Position numbers and translations under genes: made by a program
NCBI RefSeq assembly: GCF_018350175.1
Contig: NC_058369.1
Location: 18,478,001-18,542,000 of the forward strand
DNA length: 64,000 nucleotides
Direction: 5' to 3'
DNA from: Felis catus
Taxonomy: Eukaryota
The notes under the pieces: model-generated
The model's database searches: none
Told to the model about the DNA's origin: nothing
Seen by the model: the letters and a program-made list of their open reading frames with translations, nothing else
Shown: piece after piece, positions 55,731 to 64,000 of the stretch
Position numbering within the stretch: position 1 is the stretch's first letter
Layout: every line of letters starts with the position of its first letter

Positions 55731-57278
55731 TCCCCACCCCCCCCCCCACTGGACTCCATCATTGGGCTCCCCAGAACCCCCTAGACTACCACTGATCCCC
55801 TAAGGACCACATCACAGCTTAACTCTGCACCCTAATCCATGCCAACATACCATTTCATGCCAGAAACCCCGGTCCACCCATCACATTTTAACTTCCTTTG
55901 AACCTCAATCAGACAATACCGCTAGTCCCTTTAGGGCCCCCACGAGACTCTTCACCAAACACCGCCACTGGCCTCAAACCTGACCTGGGCTGATACCTGC
56001 TCAGATCCCCACCCCCAGCCTGCTGCAGCTCTGGATGTGTTCCTGCCCCCAGGTCTGGGCGGCCAGAACGGATCCACACCTGATGGCTCCACGCATTTCA
56101 CTTCGTGGTGAGTAAATCTGTGCCCATCGCAACCCCATGCTTGGCAGGCAGAGGATAGGCCTGTGCTGATAACAGGGATGGGGGCAGGAAGTTCTCAGGG
56201 TAGAAGTCCACTAGTTTAGTGGTCTTTACAGCAAGCCCCAAGGTCTTCAACTGGAGCTCAGACTCTAATTTCTGAACAGCCCACCAATATGCTGTTCAGC
56301 ATGCTGCCTGTGGGGCTATTGTCACAATTTCAGAGATGAGCTGGCAAGTCTGTTGGGTTCCACTCTACTGCAAGCCCTTCAGTTAGAAAGGCAGGGGCCT
56401 ATGTCCTTACTGCACTTACTGGCCACATCAGGTCAGCCTCCTCATCTGTAAAACATCTACTCACTAATCAGAGCATTCATTCAACTAATTTCTGAGCTCC
56501 TTCTATATGAGGGGTGTGATGTGGTGGGGGGAGAGGAGGGCAACTAGGTCCAGAGAACAAGGACAACCCAGGGGGGTTATCCTTTATCCTGTTTATAGGG
56601 GGAGCCAGAGATTTAAAAGGGAGGGCAACAAAAAAATAATAAAAGGCAGCGGTGTGGGGGCAAGGGTAGTCAAGAGTTTTCTCGCAAAACAGACACGTAA
56701 GCTAATGGCAAAGGCTAGGGAGTAAGTGTACCAGGCAAAGAAAATTGATAGAATAAGGCCCAGGGCAAGAACAAGGGTGTCATATTGGAAGGATAGACAA
56801 AGCTGTGACACTGGAGCTCAAACATGAAGGCATTGGCGGGACCCACAATACCCTATGCCAAATTTCAGGAAGCTATTGAAGGACTCAGCAAGGCTATGGC
56901 CTGATCTAATTTGTCTTTATAACTGCCTGTTTTATGGCAAGAAAAGGGGTCCAATAGAGAAGGCAAGAGGCCAGTTAGGAGGCCTGCCACTGTCCAGGTC
57001 CTGAGCAACTTGGGGAAGGATAGGAATACCATAAGGTAGGAACCAGGAGGAAAAACGTGGCTTCAGGGGAAAGGTGAGGGACCCAGTGTGGGCTGTGGGA
57101 ACTTAGTACAGAGATATAGATTGTAGTGTGGCTTTACTGAGCCCACCTCAGCCCCTACAGGGCTAGAGAGAACCAATCTCAGGGACTGTTGTGCTGCCTG
57201 TGGAATAATCCTTTTCTCTTTTCCATCACTTTTAGGGAAACGACAGCAAATGAACCTCTCAAAACCCACAGAGAATAA
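55501..57278 (+). CDS. TCTA: TCTA, T-cell leukemia translocation-altered protein, 106 aa; coding exons 55501-55723, 56053-56107, 57236-57278
   Basis: Spliced translation: [106 protein letters not shown]. Both introns are GT-AG with consistent phases (1 and 2). Hydrophobic segment at about residues 41-62. Confidence 0.96.
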
Positions 57279-58590
57279 GGGAAGGCAGCAGAGGGATCTC
57301 CAGGGACATCACCGGGTCTGCTGGTTCCCACACTGGGTTCTGCTGCTGCCCAGACCCCAGAGACTGCATGGGGGGAGGGGTTGGGGGCAGGGAGTACCCC
57401 ATTGCTTGAAGACCTGGCCCTCCACTGCTCTTGGCCTTGCCTCCAGCAGCTCCAGGCATTGGGCCAGTAAAGTTTGCCTCTACCCAGATCTGGGTGCCTT
57501 AAGGAGAGAAGACATGTTCCTCCTCTCTCAGGGGTCAGCTCAGGAGGAGCCTCTGGGTTGGGGAGGCCAACAGTCCATTTTCTGCCTTGGCTTTTTCCTG
57601 TCCCCCTTCCGATCCGCTGGGATGTGACCCCATAGAAATTTCCTTGAGAAGAAACTTGAGGTTGACCAGCTCTGGGATTTGTAAGGGAAGTCTGTTTTCT
57701 CCTAAGCTCTTGAATTTGTTTTTGCTTTGTTGGCAGGGAGCCAGGAAAGACTGGCCTAGACATGGCCTTATACTCTATGGTTACTTAGCTGGCCATTCAA
57801 GTGTAAGGCAGGGGGCGCTGGCACTACCTGGACGTGGAGGCACCAAACACCCACTTCCCTAGCCCATCCAGAGCTTTTCAGGTATGAGTCAGGCTATGGA
57901 AATTGTCCTTTCCTGAATATTAACTCATTTATACTCTTCTCAATCCTTGTTGGGAGGTTGGGTGCCTGAAAGAAGCTAAGCCCCAAGGGTGACCTTCCAC
58001 CCCCACCCATGGGGTTGTACCCTGTCCCCTCACAGAGAGGTACTAAGCAGTTACCGCTGAGTGGCTCTGCCACTTCATCACTTCCCATCTTGACCCGGAA
58101 CCACAAGAGCTTCATCCTAAGAGGCCACAGGCTCAGCTCGTCCCCACTAGCACCATCTCAGCCCCCAAGAACCCTCCCTCAACAGCCTGGAAGAACCACA
58201 GGCTGGGCAGGCCTGCCACTTACACAGTGGGCCAGGGGAGCTTCCAAAGGTGTGGGAGGCACATGCCAGTTTCTGAAAGCAGCATGACCCTAGAACTGCC
58301 TCCCTTCCTGAAGGCTGTATTTCTATACTTGTTTCTGCTGGACCACCAGCTACCTCAATATCCCGCTGCCTGCTTCCTCTATCCATCTGGCAGCCTTTGG
58401 CTAGGCCACCTTTGCAGCAGAAACACACTGGAAGTAGGACTACACTGAACTTGTGTACGTGTATCTACTTTGGAGGTATCTTCTGACTGGTAGGATGATG
58501 GTTTTGCAGCCTCAGGCCTACCCACTGACACCACCACACATAGAATCAGGGTCTCACATTTTACCCCAGGTTCAGCTGAGGATGTGGCTT

Positions 58591-58596
58591 ATTAAA
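58591..58596 (+). terminator. Probable TCTA polyadenylation signal (ATTAAA)
   Basis: ATTAAA 1.3 kb after the TCTA stop, followed ~15-25 nt later by GT-rich gttgtgtggtt. It is the only strong hexamer I found in this UTR. Confidence 0.55.
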
Positions 58597-59474
58597 CTTG
58601 GAAGTGCATCAGTTGTGTGGTTATTCAGACAGGACGAGGGTGTGCATGCACAGGGAAAACTGGAAAGGGAACACTTGGGGCTACTGCCCCTCAGCGCCCA
58701 GAATGCAATGACTTGCAGAGGTGGAGAAATGACACCAGCTCTCTGGAGGAGCAGTGGTGGGTGCCCAATAGGGAGGGGGCACTATCCTCACTAGTTTTTA
58801 TAGACCTGGCCCTCTCAAGGAGAATCCACTCTAAGCCTGCCTCAGAGGCCAGGCAAGGAGGCATTAGGCTGGCACGCCAGCAATCATGTGGACAAAGGAC
58901 AATGAAGCTAGAAACTCTGGCAAGCAAGAAGAAAGGAAGCTTGCTTAATGTTTTGTTAGAAATCAGTGGAGTCCAGTAATGGGCCCCAGGGGCAAAGGTC
59001 AGCCCAGGGTAAGGCAGGTCCAGGAGGAGGCCCAGTGTGCTCTACAACAGCCCTGGGGCTCAGAACAGATGGTGAGCCTGGCATGGTTTGCTACTAAGCA
59101 GCAGGCTGGGATAACTTGGGAATGTGGAAGAGTGAGTCTGTGTCCCCTCAGCTTTCCCAAGTTTACACAGGCACAATGGCCCTACAGGGCCAAGCCTTTG
59201 TGAGTCAGGAATCATTCCTGCCCAGGGAGAGGCAGCACTACCCAAGGTAATAATAACCCCTTTGCAGTGTGAGAAACCATGATGAGGTAGGTTGGGCAGG
59301 CTTTACCTCCTCCCTAAATGTAAGCCTCTGTTCCACAGCCAGCACCTGGCAGAGTGGAAGGGAGAGATGCCAGAACTAGTGCTTCCCATAGCCCTCCAGC
59401 AGACAAGAATGGGGTCATTGGGAGCACAAGCTGACATTGCATGAGCTGGTCTATTGCTCGGAAATGGGTCTTTT

Positions 59475-59698
59475 ATTATTATTATTATTTTTTTAACATG
59501 TATTTATTTTTGAGACAGAGAGAGACAGAGCATGAATGGGGGAGGGTCAGAGAGAGAGGGAGACACAGAATCTGAAACAGGCTCCAGGCTCTGAGCAGTC
59601 AGCACAGAGCCCGACGCGGGGCTCGAACTCACAGACAGTGAGATCGTGACCTGAGCCGAAGTTGGACGCCTAACCAACTGAGCCACCCAGGCACCCCA
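59475..59698 (-). mobile_element. CanSINE ~210 nt downstream of the AMT stop, in AMT sense orientation
   Basis: Full-length SINE flanked by gaaatgggtcttt (59461) and gaaatggggtcttt (59699). Confidence 0.92.
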
Positions 59699-59910
59699 GA
59701 AATGGGGTCTTTCAAGAAGTGTACCTCTCCAAGAGGAGAGGCACATGAGAGAGAGAATAGGTGGTTTGCCCCCCACACATACCAGAAAATCAGAAACATC
59801 CTCCACCCTAGCCACCTACCCCAGAGTATTCAGCCTTAGCTTCCTAACCCTTGTAGAATGCCCTCCAGGTCCAAGCTCTTGGATGGGAAGGGCCCTGACC
59901 CAATCCATCC

Positions 59911-63820
<3,910 letters not shown>

Positions 63821-63869
63821 TGTTGCCCGCAAATGGTGCAGCCGGCACACAGAGGCCACCACTCTGCCA

Positions 63870-63891
63870 GGCACGCTGGGAGATGTAGTCC
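63870..63891 (-). promoter_or_regulatory. ZNF143/THAP11-type ACTACAnnTCCCAG motif at the AMT 5' end, with GC boxes just upstream
   Basis: Minus strand GGACTACATCTCCCAGCGTGCC, 50 nt upstream of the AMT ATG. GGGGCGGG at 63936-63943 and GGCGGGG at 63974-63980. Confidence 0.75.
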
Positions 63892-64000
63892 AGGCTCTGC
63901 TTGGACAGGTCTCTCTCCCATAAAGGGGATCAGAAGGGGCGGGCAGCCCAAAAGGCAGGCAGCCCTAAGGGCAGGCGGGGCTTTAGAGCAGAGTGCAGAG

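Noticed and set aside
55411..55803. 130-aa ORF containing TCTA exon 1 with extensions
   Set aside because: The upstream part starts at GTG in promoter/UTR sequence, and the downstream part reads through the GTGAG donor into intron 1.
57179..59245. Numerous ORFs (up to 194 aa) in the TCTA/AMT 3' regions
   Set aside because: UTR sequence with no splice structure or recognisable protein similarity.
63821..64000. Possible 3' end of NICN1, the usual upstream neighbour of AMT
   Set aside because: No coding sequence or poly(A) signal is identifiable within the window; synteny alone is not enough.

Overview
Mammalian, not microbial, DNA. The window is the RHOA-TCTA-AMT locus of a felid, judged from the dense tRNA-derived CanSINEs of feliform type. 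RHOA lies on the minus strand: non-coding exon 1 (~54896-55170), a 51.4-kb repeat-rich intron 1, coding exon 2 (CDS 3368-3523) and the start of exon 3 (1-61, running off the window edge). TCTA (+ strand, 3 coding exons, 106 aa) is head-to-head with RHOA on a shared CpG-island promoter. AMT (minus strand, 9 coding exons, 1212 nt, 403 aa) is complete, intact and tail-to-tail with TCTA. RHOA intron 1 carries a decayed processed pseudogene of ETF1 (eRF1), antisense to RHOA, plus many SINEs, L1 and L2 fragments, LTRs and DNA-transposon fossils. I see no evidence of a new multi-gene system. The most interesting observations are: the nested ETF1 retrocopy with a short 3'UTR; a recurrent insertion hotspot inside older CanSINEs; serial re-use of identical target sites; a SINE with a multiplied B-box segment; a SINE that may supply AMT's poly(A) signal; a full ZNF143/THAP11 motif at AMT; and a RHOA exon 1 that is open in frame with the CDS. 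Repeat family names come from recall of consensus sequences and need RepeatMasker/Dfam confirmation.
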